37,557 bases of DNA from Planctomycetia bacterium (GTDB lineage Bacteria; Planctomycetota; Planctomycetia; Pirellulales; UBA1268). A model generated the notes under the pieces. The model was not told the origin of the DNA. It did no database searches and saw only the letters and a program-made list of their open reading frames with translations. Numbering within the stretch: position 1 is the stretch's first letter; every line of letters begins with the position of its first letter. The stretch spans positions 1 to 37,557 of the forward strand of contig JBAWVV010000002.1 in the NCBI GenBank assembly GCA_037147115.1, given 5' to 3'. This document shows positions 17,877 through 25,427 of this stretch, piece after piece. The translations under genes were made by a program, and so were the position numbers.

Positions 17877-19220
17877 TCAGTCGCCGCGGAGTTTCAGCCC
17901 CCGCTCGGTGAGTTTCTCACGGACCTCATTCAGACTCGTGACGCCGAAGTTCTTGCACTCCATGAGATCCTCGGCCGTCCGGCGGATCAATTCGCCGATG
18001 GTACCGATCCCCAGTTTCGTCGTGCACTTCCGGGCCCGGACGGAGAGAGACAGTTCGGTGATCGGGAGGGAATGGATCTCCTGATCATCCGCCGAAGGGG
18101 CCTCGGGTTCGAAGACCGTCTCCTCGGTCGCCGTCGCTGTCGCCAACTGGCCAAGGGTCAGCCCCTTCGTAGCGAGCATTTCCTTGATTTCGACCAGGCT
18201 CGTTTCGCCGAAGTTCTTGCTCTCGAGGATCTCGGCCTCGGTCGTACGGGCAAGATCGCCGAGGGTCGCGATCCCCATCTTCTGGAGGCAGTTCCGGCTC
18301 CGCACCGAGAGTTCGAAATCGCTGACGGGGAGGGCGAGAACATGATCGAGACGATCACGCTGCTTTTGATCCTGATCGTCGAGTTGAAGATCGCCGGAGG
18401 CAGACGAATCCTTGAGGAACAACCGGGCCCGGGGGTGATCGGGATAGACCTGAAGCACCCGCTTGTAGCACTGCTGGGCGTTGACGAAGTCGTCGCGGTC
18501 CTCGTAGAGGATGCCGAGGTTCATCAGCGCCCCGACTGACGCCGGATAGCGCTGCACAGCCCGCTCGTAACAGGCCTTGGCCTCGTCGTCGTTGCCGACC
18601 CGGTCGTTGATCACACCCATCGCAAACAGGGCGGCGGGATGGCCCGGATCGAGGGCGAGCGCCTTCTCCAGCGCGACCATCGTGTCGGCCAGCGGGAGGC
18701 CGAGATCGGCCGCAATCGTCGCCTTCTGGGCCCAGAAATCAGCCGAGGATTCCGCGGTCGGGCCGAGTTTGGCAAGGAACGTCTCGGCCTCCTTCGAATG
18801 GCCGGCCAGACGCTTCGCCTCGGACGCTCCCACGCCGCAAGCGGTGATGTCGTAGCCCCCTTTTTGGGCGGCGGCGAACGCCTCGGTGGCACGCGTGAGG
18901 AGGTCGGTGGATTGATCGCCCGCCATCGCCAAGGCGAGGAGCGACCGGGCTTGATAGTAGTGGGCAACCGCGCCGCCGTCGGCCGACTTGAGGGTCTGGA
19001 CCGCGTCCTTCCAGCGACCGAGAAGGTATTGCCCCACACCGAGTCGAACGCTCGACGCCGGACTCCGCTCCTCCTGTCCATCGAGCTCCTTGACGGCCCC
19101 GCGGAGATCTCGGTGGGTGGCTGGATCACTGCCGAGAAGCCCGATCAAAGCGGCGATTTCGGTCGGGCCGAACGAGCCGGTGCCAGTGAACAGATCGCGG
19201 ACGTCGACGGTGGCGGGCAT
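17877..19220 (-). CDS. TPR-repeat protein with two tandem RNA polymerase alpha C-terminal-domain (alpha-CTD)-like modules
   Basis: Two repeats match RpoA alpha-CTD (E. coli ELTVRSANCLKAE..IGDLVQRTE.ELLKTPNLGKKSLTEIK..L...GL). Repeat 1 is FELSVRSRNCLQKMGIATLGDLARTTEAEILESKNFGETSLVEIKEMLATKGLTLG (nt 18150-18341). Repeat 2 is LSLSVRARKCTTKLGIGTIGELIRRTAEDLMECKNFGVTSLNEVREKLTERGLKL (nt 17886-18074). The N-terminal ~270 aa are TPR-like (ALALDPGHPAALFAMGVI, YERAVQRYPASVGALMNLGILY, YKRVLQVYPDHPRA). Confidence 0.85.
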   Translation of the reverse strand: MPATVDVRDLFTGTGSFGPTEIAALIGLLGSDPATHRDLRGAVKELDGQEERSPASSVRLGVGQYLLGRWKDAVQTLKSADGGAVAHYYQARSLLALAMAGDQSTDLLTRATEAFAAAQKGGYDITACGVGASEAKRLAGHSKEAETFLAKLGPTAESSADFWAQKATIAADLGLPLADTMVALEKALALDPGHPAALFAMGVINDRVGNDDEAKACYERAVQRYPASVGALMNLGILYEDRDDFVNAQQCYKRVLQVYPDHPRARLFLKDSSASGDLQLDDQDQKQRDRLDHVLALPVSDFELSVRSRNCLQKMGIATLGDLARTTEAEILESKNFGETSLVEIKEMLATKGLTLGQLATATATEETVFEPEAPSADDQEIHSLPITELSLSVRARKCTTKLGIGTIGELIRRTAEDLMECKNFGVTSLNEVREKLTERGLKLRGD

Positions 19221-19249
19221 ATCGGCCTTTCAGCGGAAGAAGGGGAAAA

Positions 19250-19323
19250 AGCCAGCGGCGGGAGTCGAACCCGCAACCCCCGCATTACGAATGCGGTGCT
19301 CTGCCAATTGAAGCTACGCTGGC
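19250..19323 (-). tRNA. tRNA-Thr, anticodon CGU; no encoded CCA
   Basis: Folded by hand: acceptor GCCAGCG/CGCTGGC, D stem GCTT/GAGC, anticodon stem CCGCA/TGCGG with loop TTCGTAA, T stem GCGGG/CCCGC with loop TTCGACT, discriminator T. The length is 74 nt. Confidence 0.95.
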
Positions 19324-19471
19324 CTGTGATCCTGACGGTCGGTGGCTGCCGCGGCCCTCACCAGGAAAGGATCGCTGCAGTTCCGACTCGGATGCCGCGG
19401 GCGTTTCGGCCCATCGGCGCCCGCCGACGCGATCCGCCTAGGGGCGATTCGTGTCAGTCGGAACCCCGAAA

Positions 19472-19499
19472 ATTAGCGCAGGGACCGGGGCACCGTCAA
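19472..19499 (-). promoter_or_regulatory. Candidate sigma70-type promoter reading toward tRNA-Thr
   Basis: On the minus strand: TTGACG (19499-19494), a 16-nt spacer, then GCTAAT (19477-19472). It lies about 145 nt upstream of the tRNA 5' end. This is motif inspection only. Confidence 0.3.
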
Positions 19500-19663
19500 G
19501 GGTCGTCCGGGAAAATGGCTGCCACCGGGCATTCCGCCCGCAGGCGCTGCATGCCCGACCGGCCCGACCGCGCGATCCGGCCGCGAGTGCATCGGACCTG
19601 AGAAAACCGCAGGTTTTCCAGGGAGACAAAAGTCGTGGATGGCTTTGTCCACGTCGAGCCAGC

Positions 19664-19769
19664 CAAAAAAACAAGGTGGGGCCTCCGACCCGGCAGGAGC
19701 ATCCTGCCATGGGAGTGCGGGTCAGGGGCAAGGCGACCGCACGCCCGGAGTAAGCCAGAGGCCCCACCT
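19664..19769 (-). ncRNA. Unassigned structured element: a 12-bp closing helix enclosing two hairpins, followed on the minus strand by UUGUUUUUUU. It could be an ncRNA 3' domain or a complex terminator.
   Basis: 19674-19685 (aggtggggcctc) pairs perfectly with 19758-19769 (gaggccccacct). Inner hairpins are ggcagga-gca-tcctgcc (19692-19708) and gtgcgg...ccgcac (19715-19742). An A7 run at 19665-19671 gives U7 on the minus strand. No Rfam family was recognised by eye. Confidence 0.3.
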
Positions 19770-19827
19770 CATGTGTGGGTTTTGCCGGGCGGTGGGGGCC
19801 GTCCGACGAGATTCCAGAAATGCAGAT

Positions 19828-19860
19828 GGCGTGCCAAAGTTGGTAACGCCGTCGATTTTT
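19828..19860 (+). terminator. Plus-strand hairpin (ggcgt-gccaaagttggta-acgcc) followed by gtcgattttt
   Basis: Read directly. The outer stem is 5 bp with an inner ccaa/ttgg pairing, then a T5 run at 19856-19860. No annotated plus-strand gene lies upstream of it. Confidence 0.25.
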
Positions 19861-20160
19861 GACTCGATGGGGACTGGAAACGGCGAGGGAAGAGAGTTCG
19901 GTTGGGTTTTTTCAGCCCTCGGCGCGGCAAACGCAGCCGCCGCTGGCCCGCCTCTGCGGCCAATCGATGCCAGGAGGAGCGCGATCGATCGGCCCCGGCA
20001 GTGACGCATTCCGCGCCGGTGCGCTGCAGAACGCAGCGCGCGACGGCCGTCGGGTCGGTCGCGGCGGCATTCGGTATGATGCCTCGATCGTCGCCCTCCC
20101 CGGCTCCAGTCCTGCCGCAGGAAGGCGTTTCCCCCTCTCGCGACGCCGCCGGAGCCGCCC

Positions 20161-21009
20161 GTGATCCCTCGCCTTCCTGCCCATGTCGGGCCTCACCGGT
20201 GCGGTCCGGGGCAACCGCTCTTGGTGATCGCCGGGCCGTGCGTGATGGAGAACGAACGCCTTTGTCTCCATGTCGCGGAATCGCTCGCCGCCATCGCCGC
20301 AGCGCTCCCGATCCGGGCCGTCTTTAAAGCGTCGTTCGACAAGGCGAACCGGACCAGCGCCGGGGCCTTTCGCGGTCCCGGGCTCGACGAAGGCCTCGCC
20401 ATCCTCGACAAGGTGCGGGCGGCGACTGGGCTCCCAGTGACGACCGACATGCACCTCCCCGATCAGGCCGCGGCGATCGGTGCGGTTTGTGACCTGATCC
20501 AGATTCCTGCCTTCCTCTGCCGTCAGACCGATCTCCTCCTCGCGGCGGCCGCCACGGGGCGGGCAGTGAATGTCAAAAAGGGGCAGTTTGTCGCTCCCGG
20601 CGACATGAAACACGCCGTCGCCAAACTGCTCGCCGGCGGATGCCAGGACGTCATGCTCTGTGAACGGGGCACGTTTTTCGGCTACGGGCGGCTCGTCAAC
20701 GACTTCACTGGCCTGCCGGTGATGCGTCGATTCGGCGTGCCGGTGATCTTCGATGCCACCCACTCCGTCCAGCAGCCGGCGAGCCTGGGAGATGCGACCG
20801 GGGGCGACCGGACGCTCGTCGAACCCCTCGCCCGGGCTGCCGCCGCGGTCGGGGTCGACGGTCTGTTCCTCGAAACCCATCCCGATCCCGATTCGAGCCC
20901 GAGCGACGGGCCGAACATGGTTCCGCTCGATCGTCTCCGGGGCGTCTTGGAACGGGTGCTGCGGATCCATGAAGCCCGGCTGGCCGGCGAAGCAGGGGGC
21001 GAAACATGA
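20161..21009 (+). CDS. kdsA: 3-deoxy-8-phosphooctulonate (KDO-8-P) synthase
   Basis: Conserved blocks are present: [81 protein letters not shown]. The GTG start follows GGAG at 6-nt spacing. Confidence 0.92.
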   Translation: MIPRLPAHVGPHRCGPGQPLLVIAGPCVMENERLCLHVAESLAAIAAALPIRAVFKASFDKANRTSAGAFRGPGLDEGLAILDKVRAATGLPVTTDMHLPDQAAAIGAVCDLIQIPAFLCRQTDLLLAAAATGRAVNVKKGQFVAPGDMKHAVAKLLAGGCQDVMLCERGTFFGYGRLVNDFTGLPVMRRFGVPVIFDATHSVQQPASLGDATGGDRTLVEPLARAAAAVGVDGLFLETHPDPDSSPSDGPNMVPLDRLRGVLERVLRIHEARLAGEAGGET

Positions 21010-22763
21010 CCCCCCTCCCCTGCCGGTCTGGTTCGTGGTCGCAGTCCCCTGCCCCGGTGGCCGGCTGGAAGGTAACGCTCGTGACGTTGATGGTGGCCTG
21101 GATGGTGGCCGGCTGTGGGCCCCGCGCGGGACGCGACGGGCCCGCCGGCCAAGCCCGGGCAACCGTGCCGGCGGCCGGCCCCGCGGCGCCAGCACCTGGC
21201 GCTGCCGCGGTGGGGCAGACGATGTCGCGGGAGGTCCGCGACAAGCTCCTCGAAGGGGCGATGGATGTCCTCGGCAACCTGGAGACCTACGAGGAGGCGG
21301 TTGCCTTCCCGCAGGTGTTCGACCGGCTCAACCAATGGAGCCATGCGGTGGTTGGAGCGGGGGCGATCGACGAATGGCAACTCGACCCGCTCGTTGAGAC
21401 GCTCCCTTTACGCCTCCGCAGGGAAGGGGTGAGCGAGGGGATCGGCGATCTGGCGTTCGACGCCACGGCCGACGTCCTCGCCCTCCGCGACCAGCGCTGG
21501 CTGGCCGACGTCGCCGCCAGCGCCCGGGGGGATGCGATCGAGGATCTCGCCGTCGCCCGGGCGCTGTTTGAGTGGACGATCCGCTCGTTGGCCGCCACGA
21601 GCGACCCGCCAATGGTTCCCTCCGACGCCAATCCCGGCACCCGGTGGTTCTCGCTGGGAGAGATCCTCCTCGCCGGTCGGGCCAGCGCGCCTCAGCGGGC
21701 GTGGGTGTTTCTCGAGCTTGTCCGTCACGCCGGGCTCGACGGCGTCATGCTCGCGACCGGCGATCCGGAGTCCGGCAGCCTGCGCCCCTGGATTCCGGCG
21801 GTGCTGTGTGGCGAGGAGGCCTACCTCTTTGATCCAGGGTATGGCCTGCCGGTCCCGGGGCCGGGGGGCGAGGGGGTGGCCACGGCCCGGCAAGCGGCGG
21901 GGGATCCGACGATCCTGGCCGCGATGTCGCTCTCCGACCGCCCCTACCCCGTCCAGGCGCCCGACATGGGGCGACTCACCGTGCTCGTCCCCGACACGCC
22001 TTGGAGCCTGTCGCGGCGGATGCATCTCCTCGACCGGCAACTCGCCGGAGCCCGCCGTATCGACCTCGCCCTTGATGCCAGCAAAGTCGCCGCCCGGGCC
22101 CTCGCCGCCCTCCCGGCGCCGTCTTCCCCGGCCCCGGATGCCGCCGCTCCCCCGGCGTCGACCAGTGCGGCGGCCGGTGGGGCGCGAGCCCTGCTCTGGG
22201 AGTTCCCTTGGGAGACGCTCGACCGTCAGCGCGCGCCCCGGCCGGGGGTCGATGCGGCGCTCGGCCGGGAATTGGGGGTGATGGGAATGGCGATCGAGCA
22301 GACCGATGACAACCGCCAGACGCGGTCGTTCCGGCCGCTCTATGCCGGCCGGCTACGCGAGTTCCGCGGCGTCCTCGACGGCCCCGACGGGGCGAAGATG
22401 GCCTATCTCGCCGCCCGCCCCGGCAATGCCGTGATCGCCGAGATGCTCCGTGGCCTGCCGCCGCCCCAGGCCGAGCAAGCGAAGCGGATGTATGACGAAC
22501 TGAAGGGGGACGCCACGTATTGGCTCGGGGTGCTGACGCTCTCCGAGCAGGAATACGACACGGCCATCGACTATCTCGACCGGATGACGCTCAGGGCGAA
22601 TCCCGAAGGGATCTGGTCCGATGCCGCGCGGGTCAATCTGGCCCGGGCAAGGCTCGCTCTCGGCGAGCGGGAGGAGGCCGCCCGACTGCTGCGTGAAGAC
22701 GCCTCGCCGCAGCGCTTCGGCAGCCGGCTCCTCGCCGACCGACTCGCTCCCAAGGGCCCGTGA
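21006..22763 (+). CDS. Lipoprotein with a possible degenerate transglutaminase-like core and a C-terminal TPR-like region
   Basis: The ATG overlaps the kdsA stop (ATGA). The lipobox is [10 protein letters not shown]. The segment [29 protein letters not shown]...[19 protein letters not shown] resembles the transglutaminase-like core layout but has no Cys or His at the expected positions. The C-terminus [22 protein letters not shown]...[18 protein letters not shown] is TPR-like. Confidence 0.7.
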   Translation: MTPLPCRSGSWSQSPAPVAGWKVTLVTLMVAWMVAGCGPRAGRDGPAGQARATVPAAGPAAPAPGAAAVGQTMSREVRDKLLEGAMDVLGNLETYEEAVAFPQVFDRLNQWSHAVVGAGAIDEWQLDPLVETLPLRLRREGVSEGIGDLAFDATADVLALRDQRWLADVAASARGDAIEDLAVARALFEWTIRSLAATSDPPMVPSDANPGTRWFSLGEILLAGRASAPQRAWVFLELVRHAGLDGVMLATGDPESGSLRPWIPAVLCGEEAYLFDPGYGLPVPGPGGEGVATARQAAGDPTILAAMSLSDRPYPVQAPDMGRLTVLVPDTPWSLSRRMHLLDRQLAGARRIDLALDASKVAARALAALPAPSSPAPDAAAPPASTSAAAGGARALLWEFPWETLDRQRAPRPGVDAALGRELGVMGMAIEQTDDNRQTRSFRPLYAGRLREFRGVLDGPDGAKMAYLAARPGNAVIAEMLRGLPPPQAEQAKRMYDELKGDATYWLGVLTLSEQEYDTAIDYLDRMTLRANPEGIWSDAARVNLARARLALGEREEAARLLREDASPQRFGSRLLADRLAPKGP

Positions 22764-22867
22764 GCCGGGAAGCGGGGAGGATGCGTTGCGGGACGGGGCG
22801 GCAGCGGCTACATTCGAAAGCTTCTCACTGAAGCCCCCGCTCCCGAGCCCGGTTCCGTCCGGGTCCC

Positions 22868-22891
22868 GCCCCGAGTCAAGCCCCGAGTCAA
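22868..22891 (+). repeat. Perfect 12-nt tandem duplication (gccccgagtcaa x2) ending 3 nt before the rpmE ATG
   Basis: Read directly: 22868-22879 and 22880-22891 are identical. Confidence 0.9.
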
Positions 22892-22894
22892 GCC

Positions 22895-23161
22895 ATGAAA
22901 GACGACATCCATCCCCGCTACATCGAAACCGTGGTCCGTTGCGGCTGCGGCAACACCTTCCGGACCCGGAGCACGATGCCCGAGCTGAAGGTCGACATCT
23001 GCAACGTCTGCCATCCGTTCTTCACGGGGAAGCTGAAGTTCGTCGACACGGCCGGCCGGATCGAGAAGTTTAAGTCGAAGTTCGCTGAGGCCGGCTATGC
23101 GAGCCTCAAGAAGGGGAAGAAGCCCGCCGCCGCCGTTCCCACCACGGAACCGGCGTCCTGA
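22895..23161 (+). CDS. rpmE: 50S ribosomal protein L31, Zn-binding (type A)
   Basis: [27 protein letters not shown]...[15 protein letters not shown]. Both Cys pairs are present. Confidence 0.95.
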   Translation: MKDDIHPRYIETVVRCGCGNTFRTRSTMPELKVDICNVCHPFFTGKLKFVDTAGRIEKFKSKFAEAGYASLKKGKKPAAAVPTTEPAS

Positions 23162-23206
23162 CGGCGGCCGTCCTAGATCTTTCTGGGATCACCGCTGGGC
23201 CTCCTT

Positions 23207-23239
23207 TGGATTTCCTCTGGATTTCTTCTGGATTTCCTT
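23207..23239. repeat. Three tandem 11-nt direct repeats: TGGATTTCCTC / TGGATTTCTTC / TGGATTTCCTT
   Basis: Read directly in the rpmE-prfA spacer. Degenerate flanking copies also occur (ctgggatc at 23183, ctgggcctcc at 23195, ctggttttcc at 23271). Confidence 0.85.
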
Positions 23240-23322
23240 TTTTGGGGGGAGCGACCTTTCCGGGGGGGATCTGGTTTTCCCGCGCGTGAGCGCCCTGCCG
23301 ACGGATCGAGGCTCTCCGGACG

Positions 23323-24408
23323 ATGCGCGACCAGCTCGAAGAGAAGCTCGCCCGGTTCGAGGAACTCGAGCGGGAGTTGATCGACCCTGCCGTCATGGCC
23401 CATCCGCAGCGGATGGCCGCAGTCGCCCGTGAGCACGGATCGCTCGCCCGACTGGCGCGGCGCTATCGGGGATTTGTCGATCTCGAGCATCAGATCGCCG
23501 AGCTCGACACCTACAGCCGCGGGGATGACCACGAGCTCAAGGGGCTGGCCGAAGCCGAGCTCCCTGAACTGCGGGCTCGGCGCGAGCAGGAGTGGGACGA
23601 ACTCCTCGACGCCTCTTCCGACGACAGCGATGCCGATCGTGGCCGCTGTGTCATGGAGCTTCGTGCCGGCACCGGCGGGGATGAGGCGGCGCTGTTCGTC
23701 CGCGATCTCTACGAGATGTACCGGCGCCACGCCACCGAACATGCCTGGCAGGTCGAGGTTCTCGACGCCAGCCCGACGGAGCTCGGTGGCTTCAAGGAGC
23801 TCATCCTGGGGCTCTCTGGTGACGCGATCTTCCGCCGCCTCCAGTGGGAGAGTGGAGGCCACCGGGTGCAGCGCGTCCCCGACACCGAGACGAAGGGGCG
23901 AATCCACACCTCGGCGGCGACCGTGGCGGTGCTCCCCGAGCCTGAGGATGTCGAGGTGACGATCGCCCCCGACGAATACCGCAAGGACCTGTTCTGTGCG
24001 AGTGGTCCCGGCGGGCAGCATGTCAACAAGACCGCCTCGGCCGTCCGCCTCACGCACCTCGAAACGGGCTTGGTCGTCCAATGCCAAGACGAAAAGAGCC
24101 AGCACAAGAACCTCGCCAAGGCGATGCGGGTTCTGAAGGCCCGGCTCTATGAGCTGCGCCGCAGCATCGAGCACGAGAAGCGGGCCAGCGAGCGGCGTAC
24201 GCTCGTCGGTTCCGGAGACCGGAGCCAGCGGATCCGGACCTACAATTTCCCGCAGAACCGAGTGACGGATCATCGCATCAATGAGAGCTTCACGCTCGAT
24301 CAGGTGATGACCGGCCGACTCGGACTGGTGATACAGGCGATCGAGGAGCACGCCCGGCAACAGCGCCGCGCCGACATGGAACGCTCTTCGAAGCCGGCGA
24401 CACCCTGA
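23323..24408 (+). CDS. prfA: Peptide chain release factor 1
   Basis: GGQ motif: [13 protein letters not shown]1-type recognition loop: [24 protein letters not shown] (PxT). Also present: [14 protein letters not shown]. There is no RF2-style frameshift site. Confidence 0.95.
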   Translation: MRDQLEEKLARFEELERELIDPAVMAHPQRMAAVAREHGSLARLARRYRGFVDLEHQIAELDTYSRGDDHELKGLAEAELPELRARREQEWDELLDASSDDSDADRGRCVMELRAGTGGDEAALFVRDLYEMYRRHATEHAWQVEVLDASPTELGGFKELILGLSGDAIFRRLQWESGGHRVQRVPDTETKGRIHTSAATVAVLPEPEDVEVTIAPDEYRKDLFCASGPGGQHVNKTASAVRLTHLETGLVVQCQDEKSQHKNLAKAMRVLKARLYELRRSIEHEKRASERRTLVGSGDRSQRIRTYNFPQNRVTDHRINESFTLDQVMTGRLGLVIQAIEEHARQQRRADMERSSKPATP

Positions 24409-24427
24409 TCGGAGCGGAGGCCTCACT

Positions 24428-25294
24428 ATGACCGATGACGTGTGGACAGTGGGGCGTCTGCTCACCTGGACAACCGAGTGGCTGACCGGAAAGGGGAGCG
24501 ATTCCCCCCGCCTCGACGCTGAGGTGCTCCTTGCCCATGTCCGTGGCTGTCCACGGATCGCGCTCTACACCGCCTTTGACGAGCCGGTCGACGAGGCCGG
24601 GCGGGCCCGGTTCCGCGGCTTGGTCAAGCGGCGCGGGGAGGGGGAGCCGGTTGCCTACCTCGTCGGCAGTCGGGAGTTCTTCTCGCTGGCGCTGGCCGTC
24701 TCCCCCGCGGTGCTCATTCCCCGCCCGGAGACCGAGGGGCTCGTGGTCCGCGCCATCGATCTGTGCCGTCCCCTGGAGTCTCCGCGGATCGCCGACGTCG
24801 GGACCGGCTCCGGCGCGATCGCGGTGGCGCTGGCCAAGCATCTCCCCAAGGCCCGCGTGGTCGCCACCGATATCTCGGGCGATGCCCTCGACGTGGCCCG
24901 GGGAAACGTCACCCGTCACGGGTTCGACGGTCGAATCGAACTGATCGCCTGCGATCTCCTCGACGCCCCGGCTGCTGCGGGGCCCTTCGACTGCATCGTC
25001 AGCAATCCGCCGTACGTCCGCGAGGACGAGTTCGCCGGGCTCCCCCGGGATGTCCGTGACCACGAGCCGAAGGGGGCCCTCGTGGCGGGGCCGACCGGGG
25101 TCGAGGTGGTCGAGCGCCTCGTCGCGGCGGCCGAGAGCCGTTTGGCGCCGGGGGGCTGGCTCCTGGTGGAGATCGGCCCGTCGACCGCCGTGGCGGCCGA
25201 AGCCCTGATCCGCCGTCATTCCGGGCTCGTCCCCGCTCCGACGCTCGCCGACATCGCCGGCCTCCCCAGGATCGTCCAGGCCCGCAAGGGCTGA
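24428..25294 (+). CDS. prmC: Release-factor glutamine N5-methyltransferase
   Basis: The SAM motif DVGTGSGAIA and the catalytic IVSNPPY are present. It lies immediately downstream of prfA. A GGAGG lies 7 nt upstream of the ATG. Confidence 0.9.
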   Translation: MTDDVWTVGRLLTWTTEWLTGKGSDSPRLDAEVLLAHVRGCPRIALYTAFDEPVDEAGRARFRGLVKRRGEGEPVAYLVGSREFFSLALAVSPAVLIPRPETEGLVVRAIDLCRPLESPRIADVGTGSGAIAVALAKHLPKARVVATDISGDALDVARGNVTRHGFDGRIELIACDLLDAPAAAGPFDCIVSNPPYVREDEFAGLPRDVRDHEPKGALVAGPTGVEVVERLVAAAESRLAPGGWLLVEIGPSTAVAAEALIRRHSGLVPAPTLADIAGLPRIVQARKG

Positions 25295-25427
25295 AGCGCC
25301 CGCGGTGTTTCCGGTGGGGCGTTGCACCCCCCTCCGCGCGGCGGTAGGACATTTGTCCAGCGGAGCGCCACGCCGTCGAACGTGGGCGCCTTGCGACGGC
25401 TCACAGGACGTCGGGGGAGAGTCAAGG

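Noticed and set aside
19250-19323. tRNA-Thr as an integration site for a genomic island or prophage.
   Set aside because: There is no integrase or recombinase gene on either side. I found no direct repeat of the tRNA 3' half (ttcgactcccgccgctggc or its complement) elsewhere in the window.
19324-20160. Whether the gene-free region encodes tmRNA, RNase P RNA or SRP RNA (the sizes would fit).
   Set aside because: I looked on both strands for the hallmarks and did not find them. For tmRNA these are a tRNA-like GGUUCGAnUCC T-arm plus CCA-proximal acceptor and a plausible tag ORF ending in hydrophobic residues plus a stop. For RNase P they are GGAAAGUCCGG and ACAGAA P4 strands. For SRP RNA they are a single extended hairpin with a GNRA tetraloop and AGCA/GGAA-type loops. 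A short resemblance to RNase P (GUGCCA..GGUAACGCC at 19831-19850; GCAAAC..GCCGC.GGCCCGC at 19927-19950) lacks the rest of the core, so it is treated as coincidence. A covariance-model scan is still needed.
23323-24408. A programmed +1 frameshift, as seen in release-factor genes.
   Set aside because: That feature belongs to prfB (RF2). This gene is RF1 (PxT-type loop, a single uninterrupted frame of 361 codons).
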